The notes beneath the pieces were generated by a model, which searched no databases, was not told the origin of the DNA, and saw only the letters and a list, made by a program, of their open reading frames with translations. A program made the position numbers and the translations under genes. DNA of 64,000 nucleotides from an uncultured Bacteroidales bacterium (lineage in GTDB: Bacteria; Bacteroidota; Bacteroidia; Bacteroidales; VadinHA17): the NCBI GenBank assembly GCA_963825935.1, contig CAWGUN010000012.1, forward strand, positions 5,323 through 69,322, read 5' to 3'. This document shows, in pieces, positions 36,346-45,475 of this stretch (its first letter is position 1; each line of letters begins with the position of its first letter).

Positions 36346-36915
36346 ATGATATTCGGCGAGGATATAAAAAATGCATTAAATGCCCTTAAATCGGGGGGAG
36401 TGATTTTATACCCGACTGATACTGTCTGGGGTTTAGGTTGTGACGCAACCAATGCTTCTGCACTGGAAAAGATCTTTAAAATAAAATCAAGGAGTGAAAG
36501 CAAGAGCCTGATTATCCTTGTTAACAGCACGGCAATGCTTGAAAGGTATGTCAGGGATATTCCTGAAATCGCTTTTGAAATTACCGAAGCTTCTGATACT
36601 CCGATAACTATTATTTATCCGCAGGGAAAAAACCTTGCTCCGGGAGTATGCAGTGAAGATGGTTCTGTCGGTATCCGTATCTGCTACGAAGAGTTCTGCA
36701 GTGAACTTATTCAAAGATTCCGCAAGCCAGTTGTTTCAACATCGGCAAATATCAGTGGAAAACCATTCCCGTCAAATTTTGATGAAATCGATGATTCTGT
36801 AATCTCCGCGGTTGATTATGCAGTAAAATACAGACAGGAAGACCGGCGAAAGCATTCTCCTTCACCGGTCATAAAAATCGATAAAAACGGAGTATTTAAA
36901 ATTATCAGGATGTAG
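36346..36915 (+). CDS. tsaC: L-threonylcarbamoyladenylate synthase (YrdC/TsaC type)
   Basis: 189 aa. GGVILYPTDTVWGLGCDA and VVSTSANISG motifs. Confidence 0.88.
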   Translation: MIFGEDIKNALNALKSGGVILYPTDTVWGLGCDATNASALEKIFKIKSRSESKSLIILVNSTAMLERYVRDIPEIAFEITEASDTPITIIYPQGKNLAPGVCSEDGSVGIRICYEEFCSELIQRFRKPVVSTSANISGKPFPSNFDEIDDSVISAVDYAVKYRQEDRRKHSPSPVIKIDKNGVFKIIRM

Positions 36916-36916
36916 C

Positions 36917-37627
36917 CTAATTTGCGGCTCTTACATGTCCAGATCCTGAAGTTCTTGCATCAATCCTGGGATTCCCGAAATATGAAATGTTACCGCTTCC
37001 TGAGATCCTGGCATTAAGAGAATCGCCAGCTTTACACAGGCAACTTCCGCTTCCGGATATATTTGCTTCAAGATGGTCAATCTCAAAATCCTTACCTGAA
37101 TAATTTCCTGATCCGCTGATTATAATCTCACCTCTGTCAGCACTGCCAGACGAGCCTATTGTTACATTTCCGGAACCGGATATATTGCAGTTCAGTTCAT
37201 CAGCCACCAACCCTGCAGTAACAATTCTTCCGCTGCCGCTGACATTCAGACTAAAGTTATCAGCTTCTTTGATCGCATCGAGAATTTCAGCTTTACCTGA
37301 ACCTGAAACGCTTAATCCATTTAATTCGGGCATAGTTATGTAAATATTTACCCTTCCCCTTAAGTTGAATCTCCAGGTTTCCTGCTTTATTAAAAGCCTG
37401 TCACCTGAAACTTCTGTAACGATTCTTTCAAGATCATTTTTTTCTCCCTCCAGAACAACACTGAATTCAGGACCAAGCTTAATACTCAGGTTACCGGAGA
37501 CACCGAAATTTACACTGGAAAATCCTTTTACGTTCCTGGTTTCCTTTGAAACTGACTGACCCGTACACAGACATGTGGAAACCATCAGACAAACAGCAAT
37601 TGATGACGAAAGAAGTAATCTTTTCAT
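36917..37627 (-). CDS. Head GIN domain (DUF2807) protein, secreted
   Basis: ORF 36917-37660, with the signal-peptide start MKRLLLSS at 37627. Repeated SGSGxx beta-helix-like units. Confidence 0.7.
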   Translation of the reverse strand: MKRLLLSSSIAVCLMVSTCLCTGQSVSKETRNVKGFSSVNFGVSGNLSIKLGPEFSVVLEGEKNDLERIVTEVSGDRLLIKQETWRFNLRGRVNIYITMPELNGLSVSGSGKAEILDAIKEADNFSLNVSGSGRIVTAGLVADELNCNISGSGNVTIGSSGSADRGEIIISGSGNYSGKDFEIDHLEANISGSGSCLCKAGDSLNARISGSGNISYFGNPRIDARTSGSGHVRAAN

Positions 37628-37700
37628 TTTAATATGGATTAAGTAATGATATTTTGTCAAAAGACACCTTTTTTGACAAAATGTTGCATCTTCTTTTTTA

Positions 37701-38537
37701 TCAGTACTCTTCAGGCAGAGTCAATATCTGTTCATAGCTGAACACGGGACCATCTTTGCATACAAAAACTTTCCCGACATTGCACCGTCCGCATTTGCCA
37801 AAACCACATTTCATCCTGTTCTCCAGGGTGGTGTAAATGTCCTTATCTTCAAAGCCCAGCTTTTTCAAAACCGGCATTGTGAATTTTATCATTACAGGAG
37901 GACCGCAGAGGATTGCAATGCAGTTGTTTGATGAAGGTGCCACTTTCTCAAGAACAGTCGGGACAAAACCAATTTCGCCTTTCCATTCCGGTGTCTGTCC
38001 TCCCGGATCAACAGTCGTAATGAGCTTAATATCAGGTCTCTCCTCCCACTCTTTCAGTTCATGTTTATAAACAAGGTCTGCCACAGAACGGGCACCATAA
38101 ATGATTGTTATGTCTTTATATTTATCACGCAGGTCCAATGTGTTCCAGATCACGCAACGCATCGGAGGCAGTGCAATACCACCTGCAATATATAATAAAT
38201 TCTTTCCCTCCCATTGTTCTATCGGAAAAGTGTTCCCGTAAGGACCTCTGAAGCCTACAGTATCACCAACTTCAAGATTTGCAAGGGCATTTGTAACCCT
38301 TCCGGCCTTCCTGAAAGTGCATTCAATATAGTCTTTACGTGTCGGAGAAGATGCTACGCAAAAAGTTGATTCTCCTTCACCAAGGACAGAGTATTCACCA
38401 AACTGACCGGCTTTAAATGAAAACTTTTCAGCTTCCTCTCCATTTTTAAATTTCAGACGGAATGTTCTTACATCAGGAGTTTCTTCGATTATATTATCGA
38501 TCTCCATCAGGTAGGGCTTATATATGTTGTCACTCAT
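37701..38537 (-). CDS. flxA: FAD/NAD(P)-binding oxidoreductase with C-terminal [2Fe-2S] motif (PyrK/HydG-like; FlxA-type)
   Basis: ORF 37701-38633, with the start MSDNIYKPY at 38537 (no overlap with the upstream gene). RTFRL...F.AGQF FAD module, GGIALPP NAD module, C-terminal MKCGFGKCGRCNVG. Confidence 0.75.
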   Translation of the reverse strand: MSDNIYKPYLMEIDNIIEETPDVRTFRLKFKNGEEAEKFSFKAGQFGEYSVLGEGESTFCVASSPTRKDYIECTFRKAGRVTNALANLEVGDTVGFRGPYGNTFPIEQWEGKNLLYIAGGIALPPMRCVIWNTLDLRDKYKDITIIYGARSVADLVYKHELKEWEERPDIKLITTVDPGGQTPEWKGEIGFVPTVLEKVAPSSNNCIAILCGPPVMIKFTMPVLKKLGFEDKDIYTTLENRMKCGFGKCGRCNVGKVFVCKDGPVFSYEQILTLPEEY

Positions 38538-38548
38538 AATTGGTCTGA

Positions 38549-39559
38549 TTAAATGTTTTGTAATGCTTCCAGCTGCTCTGCAAGATTCATATCGACCGGA
38601 CAGGCACTTGAACAACGTCCGCAGCCGACGCATCCGAGCGTTTTATTACGTTCGGGCATATATGAAAATTTATGCAGAACCCTTTGCCTCCATCTCTGGC
38701 TCTGAATATGACGGGGGTTATGGCCCGAAGTATGCAGTGTGAACAAACCGAAACCGCATGAATCCCAGCTGCGGTAACGCCTGCCGTTTTTCCCCCTTGT
38801 TTCATCCTGAATATCAAAACATGCACAGGTAGGGCAGACATAAGCACATGCTCCGCAACCAATACATCTTAATGAATTTGCCACCCAGAAAGGATGCTCA
38901 AAAGCTCCTGCCAGCTTTACTGTTACCTGTTCGTGACTGAACTTCTGCTTTACTTCTGTAATTTCTGCATCTTCGCCTGAGGCTGGTTCAAAAAGATCAG
39001 GGAATGAAGCAACCAGGCTATCCCCTTTTTCAGTGAGAATCCGAGCCTGATAATCGCCATTCTTTAATCTTGCCAGCAGGATATCGCTGCCTTTTGCAGA
39101 ATCGGGCGCCAGACCCACAGAAGTGCAAAAACAATATTCATCGCTCAGGTGGCATGCCAGACCAATGACAACCAGCTTTTCCATACGTTTGGTAAAAAAC
39201 TGGTCTTCAATATCCCAGCAGAAAATTGAACGGAGAACATCAAGAGCAGCTGTATCACATGGATGCGCACCCCATAAAACCACTTCCTTTATTTTATCCT
39301 TATCGATATCAGTTATCGTACTTTCAGTTTTGCTGTTTGTGTAAAAAAACAGATTCTCAACTCTCGGAAATACGACATTCTTAACTGACAGAGTTGATCT
39401 GATGTGGTCAAGGGTCACTTCAGCGAAAGGCGGATTGTATTTATACACTATCTGTTTATCCGGGGCAGTGACAGGAGCATAAATCATGTGGTCCGCCGAT
39501 AAATGAGAATATAATTTTTCCAGCGATGGCTTCCTTATTAATTTTATGTTCGTTTTCAT
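38549..39559 (-). CDS. flxB: 4Fe-4S cluster protein (sulfhydrogenase beta / FlxB-type)
   Basis: 336 aa with CIGCGACAYVCPTC and CVGCGRCSSACP motifs. Located between the FlxA-like and FlxC-like genes. Confidence 0.7.
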   Translation of the reverse strand: MKTNIKLIRKPSLEKLYSHLSADHMIYAPVTAPDKQIVYKYNPPFAEVTLDHIRSTLSVKNVVFPRVENLFFYTNSKTESTITDIDKDKIKEVVLWGAHPCDTAALDVLRSIFCWDIEDQFFTKRMEKLVVIGLACHLSDEYCFCTSVGLAPDSAKGSDILLARLKNGDYQARILTEKGDSLVASFPDLFEPASGEDAEITEVKQKFSHEQVTVKLAGAFEHPFWVANSLRCIGCGACAYVCPTCACFDIQDETRGKNGRRYRSWDSCGFGLFTLHTSGHNPRHIQSQRWRQRVLHKFSYMPERNKTLGCVGCGRCSSACPVDMNLAEQLEALQNI

Positions 39560-39560
39560 A

Positions 39561-40382
39561 TTAAATTATAAAGCTTTCTTTGTCATTAGGTTCATAAGTC
39601 GACAAGACAGAACTCATTTTATCTGATGTGCCTGCATAAATATTGAAGTAATTGTGAACCTGATCTGCAAGTTGCATAGTCAGAAGATGGCAGGGAATGC
39701 CAACAGGGCAGGCTCTTCCGCATTCACCACAGCTTATGCACCGGCCGGCAAGGTGCATGGCTCTCAATATGTGCCACTCCATATTTCCATGAGTATTTGA
39801 CTGGACAGGTATCCATTGGGGCTGATTTACCTCAACTGAACAGCGGGTACAATAACACATCGGGCATGCCTGCCTGCAGGCATAACATTTAATGCATTTT
39901 GAGAGCTCATTCTGCCAGTAAGCAAATTTTTCTTCAGGAGTCAGCTTATTCAGCTTAGCCAGAAGCTCTTTATCTTTTTCAGGATTACTTAAGTCTGCTT
40001 TCCCTATATAATCCTGCATTACTTTGGTGTCGGCGATATCAAGAAGTTTCCCTTCAGAAGAGATACCCAGCACAACAATACTTTCTGCAAATACCTGCTG
40101 TTCAGATATTAACATCATTATGCTTCGCATGGTTGGAAGGGCGGCTACAATTGCCATTTTACCAAACTGTTTAACCTCAGGTTTTGTCAGGTAGACCGCC
40201 AGGTTCTGAACACAACGGTCATCATAGATAAGAGTATCTGTATGTGCAGGATCAGTTATGAAGGCAGGACGTGCCAACCCGGCAGACCCGGCTTCGTAAC
40301 CAATAACAACCTGAACATTTTTATTTTCAAGCAGCTCTTTTGACCTGGTTATTAAATTATTCATTTTCGACCTCCTCTTCAA
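39561..40382 (-). CDS. flxC: 4Fe-4S cluster protein (FlxC-type)
   Basis: 273 aa (or 267 from MNNLITR) with CIKCYACRQACPMC and CISCGECGRACP motifs. Confidence 0.7.
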   Translation of the reverse strand: MKRRSKMNNLITRSKELLENKNVQVVIGYEAGSAGLARPAFITDPAHTDTLIYDDRCVQNLAVYLTKPEVKQFGKMAIVAALPTMRSIMMLISEQQVFAESIVVLGISSEGKLLDIADTKVMQDYIGKADLSNPEKDKELLAKLNKLTPEEKFAYWQNELSKCIKCYACRQACPMCYCTRCSVEVNQPQWIPVQSNTHGNMEWHILRAMHLAGRCISCGECGRACPVGIPCHLLTMQLADQVHNYFNIYAGTSDKMSSVLSTYEPNDKESFII

Positions 40383-40809
40383 CTGATTTATTTACCAGGT
40401 CCTTATATGCTACATATGGTCCGAGTTCCCGTATGCGGCCGACAGTTGTGTTAACCACTTCTGCCCACCTGGCACCTTCGGCAGCCGATACCCATGAAAA
40501 GGTAATCCGGTTCATGTCAATCCCCATAAAATCCATCAGTTCCTTAAACATTATCCACCGGCGTTTTGCGTGAAAGTTGCCGGAGGTGTAATGACAATCA
40601 TTCGGATGGCAGCCTGAAACGATAATTCCATCAGCCCCGTTTGCAAATGCTTTCAGCAAAAGCATAAAATCGATACGTCCGGTACAGGGGAAACGGATAA
40701 TCTTGACGTTCGATGCATATTTTATACGGCTTGTACCCGTTAAATCGGCACCTGCATATGTACACCAGTTACATACGAAGGCGACAACTTTTGGTTCAAA
40801 TTCTGACAT
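40357..40809 (-). CDS. flxD: MvhD-like (methyl-viologen-reducing hydrogenase delta subunit family) protein, FlxD-type
   Basis: 150 aa. VVAFVCNWCTYAGADLTG and IRFPCTGRID are typical of MvhD. Lies directly downstream of hdrA. Confidence 0.8.
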   Translation of the reverse strand: MSEFEPKVVAFVCNWCTYAGADLTGTSRIKYASNVKIIRFPCTGRIDFMLLLKAFANGADGIIVSGCHPNDCHYTSGNFHAKRRWIMFKELMDFMGIDMNRITFSWVSAAEGARWAEVVNTTVGRIRELGPYVAYKDLVNKSVEEEVENE

Positions 40810-40848
40810 ATTATGTTCTTTATATAAAATGTAATCTTATAATATTAA

Positions 40849-42852
40849 CTAGTATTCGTTCAGCAAGGCCACTACTTCGGCATACACCTGGTTATTTGAA
40901 TAACCATGCAGATCAATTGATTTTGACCGGCATAAAGCAACACATGTGCCACAGCCCTGGCAGAGACCTTCATTAATCTTAGCTACGGTTTTAATTATCT
41001 TACCGTCGCGTGTTTTGAAATCCTCGCGTTCAATAGCCTGATACGGGCAAACCGACTGGCATAAAAAGCATCCCACACACGTGGAGTACATTGGCGGCGC
41101 TGTCCGGTTGACATAAGCAATAAGAGGTTCGCGTGTCAGCTCATTCTGTGAAAAGAGAGCAGCAACTTTAACAGCGGCACCTGAAGCTTGCGATACAGAA
41201 TCAGGAATATCCTTGGGATTCTGACATGCACCTGCCAGGAATATACCGGCTGTATTAGTCTCTACAGGCCTTAATTTAGGATGAGCTTCCGCAAAAAACT
41301 TATGAGCATCGTACGAAACGTGCAGTTTCTGGGCAAGTTCCTCGGCACCATGACTGGCAACCCCTGCGGTGGCAAGAACTACCATGTCGGCAACAACTTC
41401 AACAGGCTCTCCACCAAGAAGTGTATCAACACCTTTGACAATCAATTTCCCGTCTCTTTCATATATTGTTGATACCCTTCCGCGTACATAATTTACATGG
41501 TCTTCTTCAATGGCACGCCGGACAAATTCTTCATAATTTTTTCCGCCTGCCCTGATATCCATGTAAAAAACATAGGCATTGCCTTCATGCACTTTATGTT
41601 TATAGAGCATGGCATGTTTAGCTGTGTACATGCAGCAAATCTTTGAGCAATATGCAATTCCTTTTGCCGGATCACGCGAACCGGCACAGGCAACAAATAC
41701 AATATTCTTTGGCACCTGACCGTCGGAAGGCCTCAGAATTGCTCCGGAAGTCGGTCCTGATGCAGAAGCCAGTCTTTCAAACTGCAGTCCGTCAATAATA
41801 TCTTTATACTTACCGTAACCGTATTCGGGAAAGAAATCAGTATGCTTGATATCAAAACCGGTAGCGACCACAATAGCTCCGATTTCAAGATCGAGGATCT
41901 CATCAGGCTGATCGAATCTTATGGCTTTTGTGGGACAGACAATTTCACACACTTTGCATTTCCCTTTAATATAATATGTACAATGCTCCCTGTCGATTAC
42001 CGGTCTGTTTGGCACTGCCTGAGGAAACGGGATATAAATTGCCGGCCTCATTCCCATTCCCTGTTCAAACTCGTTTGGAATTTTCTTTTGAGGGCATTTG
42101 GTAGTACATAATCCGCAGCCTGTACAGACTTTTTCATCAAGACTTTTAGCCTTTTTCCTGATTTTTACCTTAAAGTTTCCTATGAATCCCTCAACACTCT
42201 CTACTTCAGCATATGTGTATAGAGTAATATTGGGATGTTGAGCCACCTCAACCATTCGCGGGGTCAGTATACATTGTGAACAGTCGAGTGTGGGGAATGT
42301 CTCCGAAAGCTGCGACATATGTCCGCCTATAGAAGGTGATCGCTCAACCATCACTACTTTATGTCCTGTATTTGCAATATCAAGTGCTGACTGAATTCCT
42401 GCAATACCGCCTCCAATCACAAGTGCTGTTTTTGTTACCGGGACCCTGATCGGCTGAAGAGCATGATTAAGCTTGACCTTTTCCACCTGCGTCCTGACTA
42501 TATCAATAGCTTTCTCCGTTGTCAGATCATTTTTCTCATGAACCCATGAGCAATGTTCCCGCAGATTGGCCATTTCACATAAATATGGATTTAACCCTGC
42601 CTCAGCACAGGCTTTTCTGAAAGTAGGCTCGTGCATTCGCGGAGAGCATGCAGCAACAACAACACCGGTAAGTTTATGTTCTTTAATAGCATCCTTAATC
42701 AATGTCTGGCCCGGATCGGAGCACATATACTTATACTCCGTGCTATAGGCAACATGTTTTAACTTCCCTGTTATTTCGGCAACCTTATTAACATCGACTG
42801 TTGCACTTATATTTTCGCCGCAATGACAAATAAAAACTCCAATTCTTGCCAT
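40849..42852 (-). CDS. hdrA: Heterodisulfide reductase subunit A-like flavoprotein
   Basis: 667 aa. N-terminus MARIGVFICHCGENI, FAD motif VIGGGIAGIQSALD, and several CxxCxxCxxxCP ferredoxin motifs. Confidence 0.88.
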   Translation of the reverse strand: MARIGVFICHCGENISATVDVNKVAEITGKLKHVAYSTEYKYMCSDPGQTLIKDAIKEHKLTGVVVAACSPRMHEPTFRKACAEAGLNPYLCEMANLREHCSWVHEKNDLTTEKAIDIVRTQVEKVKLNHALQPIRVPVTKTALVIGGGIAGIQSALDIANTGHKVVMVERSPSIGGHMSQLSETFPTLDCSQCILTPRMVEVAQHPNITLYTYAEVESVEGFIGNFKVKIRKKAKSLDEKVCTGCGLCTTKCPQKKIPNEFEQGMGMRPAIYIPFPQAVPNRPVIDREHCTYYIKGKCKVCEIVCPTKAIRFDQPDEILDLEIGAIVVATGFDIKHTDFFPEYGYGKYKDIIDGLQFERLASASGPTSGAILRPSDGQVPKNIVFVACAGSRDPAKGIAYCSKICCMYTAKHAMLYKHKVHEGNAYVFYMDIRAGGKNYEEFVRRAIEEDHVNYVRGRVSTIYERDGKLIVKGVDTLLGGEPVEVVADMVVLATAGVASHGAEELAQKLHVSYDAHKFFAEAHPKLRPVETNTAGIFLAGACQNPKDIPDSVSQASGAAVKVAALFSQNELTREPLIAYVNRTAPPMYSTCVGCFLCQSVCPYQAIEREDFKTRDGKIIKTVAKINEGLCQGCGTCVALCRSKSIDLHGYSNNQVYAEVVALLNEY

Positions 42853-42872
42853 CTTAAATTATATTTTCTTCT

Positions 42873-43718
42873 TTAACTGATATTAACATCTACAAAATGC
42901 CGTTTTAAACCAACCTTTTCGGCTGACAGTCCAATTGCCAGGCCGATAGCCTGCGTCATAAAAACGACAGGAATTTTATAATCTTCTTTCCAGTATTTAT
43001 TTATATCCGATCTGCGCATATCCAGATTTGAGTGACACATCGGACAGGCAACAATAATTGCTTCAGCGCCACGATGTTCTGCTTCTTCTATAATTTTACC
43101 CGATAATCTGGATACAATATCGGTACGTGAAATTGAGAATCCCGCACCGCAACATTCGGTTTTATGAGGAAAATCAACCGGAGAAGCTCCTATTTTGCTC
43201 ATTACAATGTCCATAGTCTGAGGATCTTCAGCACGGTCATAATTAAGGATTTTATTCGGCCGTACCAGCAGACAACCATAATAACATGCAACTTTATGAT
43301 TAAAGGGATGAACAATTTTCCCGTTAAGTTTTGGGAAAATATACTTATCGATCCACTCAATAACATTTAATATTCCGCATGTTCCCCTGTAATCCATATC
43401 GAGGATTTCTTTTACACGGTTTTTGAGCTCAGGATTTTTTTTCAGTTCGTACTGAGTTACCGTGAGGCGGCTGTAACATGCTGCGCAGGGTACAATTATC
43501 TCATCCATGCCATTTTGTTCGGCCAGGGCCAGGATGCGGGCCGGGAGTGCCAGGGATAATTCTTTGTTCAGGTTATGTGCAGCTGTGGCGCCGCAGCAGT
43601 TCCAGTCGGGAATCTGGGCAGCCTCAAAATCAAATGCTTCCGCAAGGGCAAAAACAGATTCATTATAGTCACGGGCTGAGCCGGTTAAAGAGCATCCGGG
43701 ATAAAAACCAGTTTTCAT
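42873..43718 (-). CDS. hdrB: Heterodisulfide reductase subunit B-like (two CCG domains)
   Basis: MKTGFYPGCSL, DWNCCGA and TECCGAG motifs, 281 aa. Confidence 0.88.
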   Translation of the reverse strand: MKTGFYPGCSLTGSARDYNESVFALAEAFDFEAAQIPDWNCCGATAAHNLNKELSLALPARILALAEQNGMDEIIVPCAACYSRLTVTQYELKKNPELKNRVKEILDMDYRGTCGILNVIEWIDKYIFPKLNGKIVHPFNHKVACYYGCLLVRPNKILNYDRAEDPQTMDIVMSKIGASPVDFPHKTECCGAGFSISRTDIVSRLSGKIIEEAEHRGAEAIIVACPMCHSNLDMRRSDINKYWKEDYKIPVVFMTQAIGLAIGLSAEKVGLKRHFVDVNIS

Positions 43719-43728
43719 TTATACCTTT

Positions 43729-44289
43729 TTATTTGCTTGTTTTCTTAAATATTCTGGCCATCTGAGATTTTCCTTTAATCATATGAGGAATAAAGTGCAG
43801 CTTGCCTCTTGTTATCATTCGCGGTGCCAGGGAAATATCCTGAGTCAGGTTAAAAGACTGACGTTTATAGTCGAGTATAAGCCCCAGCTCGAACAACCTG
43901 CCTGTATACCTTATGGAATTCAGAAATGACTTATGAAACGCTATAATATTTTTAGCTTTCCGGTTGACTTTCTTTTCACTGCGTGATCTCTGCCGCAGGA
44001 AATCCATCATAGAGGGAATATCTATTTCCATCGGGCAGCGGCTCAGGCACATCTCGCAGGCTACGCAGAGCCAGATTGAATAAGACTTAAGGATTTTGTC
44101 ATCATTGGCAGGTGTTTCTGTCTGAAGCAGACGCATTACCATGCTTGGGGGCAGGTCCATATCGTATGCCACCGGGCAGCCTGCCGAGCATTTGCCGCAC
44201 TGGTAGCATTTCTGAGCATTAACCTCAACATTTTTTTCAATGCTGTATGCCAGAGAATTTCTTTCGGTATGATGTTCGGAACTGGACAT
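43729..44289 (-). CDS. hdrC: Heterodisulfide reductase subunit C-like (2x[4Fe-4S])
   Basis: CYQCGKCSAGCPV and CVACEMCLSRCP motifs, 186 aa. Confidence 0.85.
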   Translation of the reverse strand: MSSSEHHTERNSLAYSIEKNVEVNAQKCYQCGKCSAGCPVAYDMDLPPSMVMRLLQTETPANDDKILKSYSIWLCVACEMCLSRCPMEIDIPSMMDFLRQRSRSEKKVNRKAKNIIAFHKSFLNSIRYTGRLFELGLILDYKRQSFNLTQDISLAPRMITRGKLHFIPHMIKGKSQMARIFKKTSK

Positions 44290-44309
44290 TTTTATTTTCT
44301 GAATTTTAT

Positions 44310-45344
44310 TTATTCAATACTTGAAAACAATCGTAAAAATTGAACTCGTTCGTAAGCAGCAGGATTTTGAACTTTTTTCTGCGATAATAATCCTTTAAAG
44401 TCAGAAATGGTGTTGAATTTGTGATGTTCCATCCAGGATTCCAGACCACTTATAACTTGCGGAAGAACTTCAAAATGATTCTTATAGAATACAGAGACCA
44501 TGTGAACGGCATCGGCTCCTGCCAGGATCTGCTTTATAACCGTTTCGTGGTTATGTATGCCTGTTGATGCAGCAATGTCGCATTTAATCCTTCCCGATAA
44601 AAGAGCAACCCAACGCAGTGTATGTGAATACTCTGAATCGCTGCTGAACATATTTGATGCATTTACCTGAAGATTTTCAATATCGATATCAGGATTGAAC
44701 GGCCTGTTAAAAAGAGTTAATCCTGCAATCCCGGTCTCAGATAATCTGAGTATAGAGCGGGCAAGACCCGAAAAATAGAATCCCACTTTAAGCGAAACAG
44801 GGATTGAAACATATTTCTTAACTTCCTGTACTATATCAAAATATACCTTTTCATTCTCATCACCGCTTTTTTCAAAATCAGAAGGTAAAAGATATACATT
44901 GAGCTCAAGAGCATCAGCGCCGGCATCCTGGATACGCTTTGCGAAGTACTGCCAGTCATATTGGGTAGAGCAATTAATACTGGCAATTACCGGAATATCT
45001 ATTGCCTTTCCGGCATCGGAAATTAATGTCAGATATTTGCTCAGGGTATGCTCCTTTGCATAACTGGTGAGGTAATCGAAGGCTTCATCGTAATAGAACT
45101 CCGTTTTGCTTACGATCCCCTGAAATGCTTCATTCCAGGATTTCATCTGAGGATTGTCCGATTGGATTAATTTCTCAGTTTCGAATTTTATCTGTTCTTC
45201 AAAAATAGATTTCAGAACTACAGCACCTGCTCCCATCTGAGCAATGGTCTTAAGGCTATCTATGGAAGAAGTTAATCCGGAGCTCCCGACAACCAAAGGG
45301 TTCCTTAACTTCAAACCCAGGTATTTACATGAAAGATCGACCAT
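44310..45344 (-). CDS. Dihydroorotate dehydrogenase-like (class 1 DHOD/DHPD TIM-barrel flavoprotein family) protein
   Basis: 344 aa. N-terminus LSCKYLGLKLRNPLVVGSSGLT is typical of the PyrD/PreA fold. An insertion after the first strand is typical of the DHOD-like subgroup. First gene of the hdr-flx cluster. Confidence 0.75.
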   Translation of the reverse strand: MVDLSCKYLGLKLRNPLVVGSSGLTSSIDSLKTIAQMGAGAVVLKSIFEEQIKFETEKLIQSDNPQMKSWNEAFQGIVSKTEFYYDEAFDYLTSYAKEHTLSKYLTLISDAGKAIDIPVIASINCSTQYDWQYFAKRIQDAGADALELNVYLLPSDFEKSGDENEKVYFDIVQEVKKYVSIPVSLKVGFYFSGLARSILRLSETGIAGLTLFNRPFNPDIDIENLQVNASNMFSSDSEYSHTLRWVALLSGRIKCDIAASTGIHNHETVIKQILAGADAVHMVSVFYKNHFEVLPQVISGLESWMEHHKFNTISDFKGLLSQKKVQNPAAYERVQFLRLFSSIE

Positions 45345-45346
45345 AG

Positions 45347-45362
45347 TGTTAATTTATTAACA
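45347..45362. promoter_or_regulatory. Palindrome TGTTAA-tтта-TTAACA type site (TGTTAATTTATTAACA), Rex-operator-like
   Basis: Read directly. It starts 3 nt upstream of the DHOD-like ATG and lies immediately downstream of the -7 box. It matches the TTGTTAA-N4-TTAACAA Rex consensus except at the outermost bases. Confidence 0.45.
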
Positions 45363-45365
45363 GTA

Positions 45366-45373
45366 CAAATGTA
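45366..45373 (-). promoter_or_regulatory. Candidate -7 box (TACATTTG) for the DHOD-like/hdr/flx operon
   Basis: The plus strand reads CAAATGTA, 22-29 nt upstream of the ATG at 45344. Confidence 0.4.
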
Positions 45374-45475
45374 ACGACATCATCAATACGTAAAATATGA
45401 TATATATACATATTTTCAAATACTGGTATTATCTATAAAGGCGGGGACGGGGTGGTTGAAAAATCTTAAGATGTC

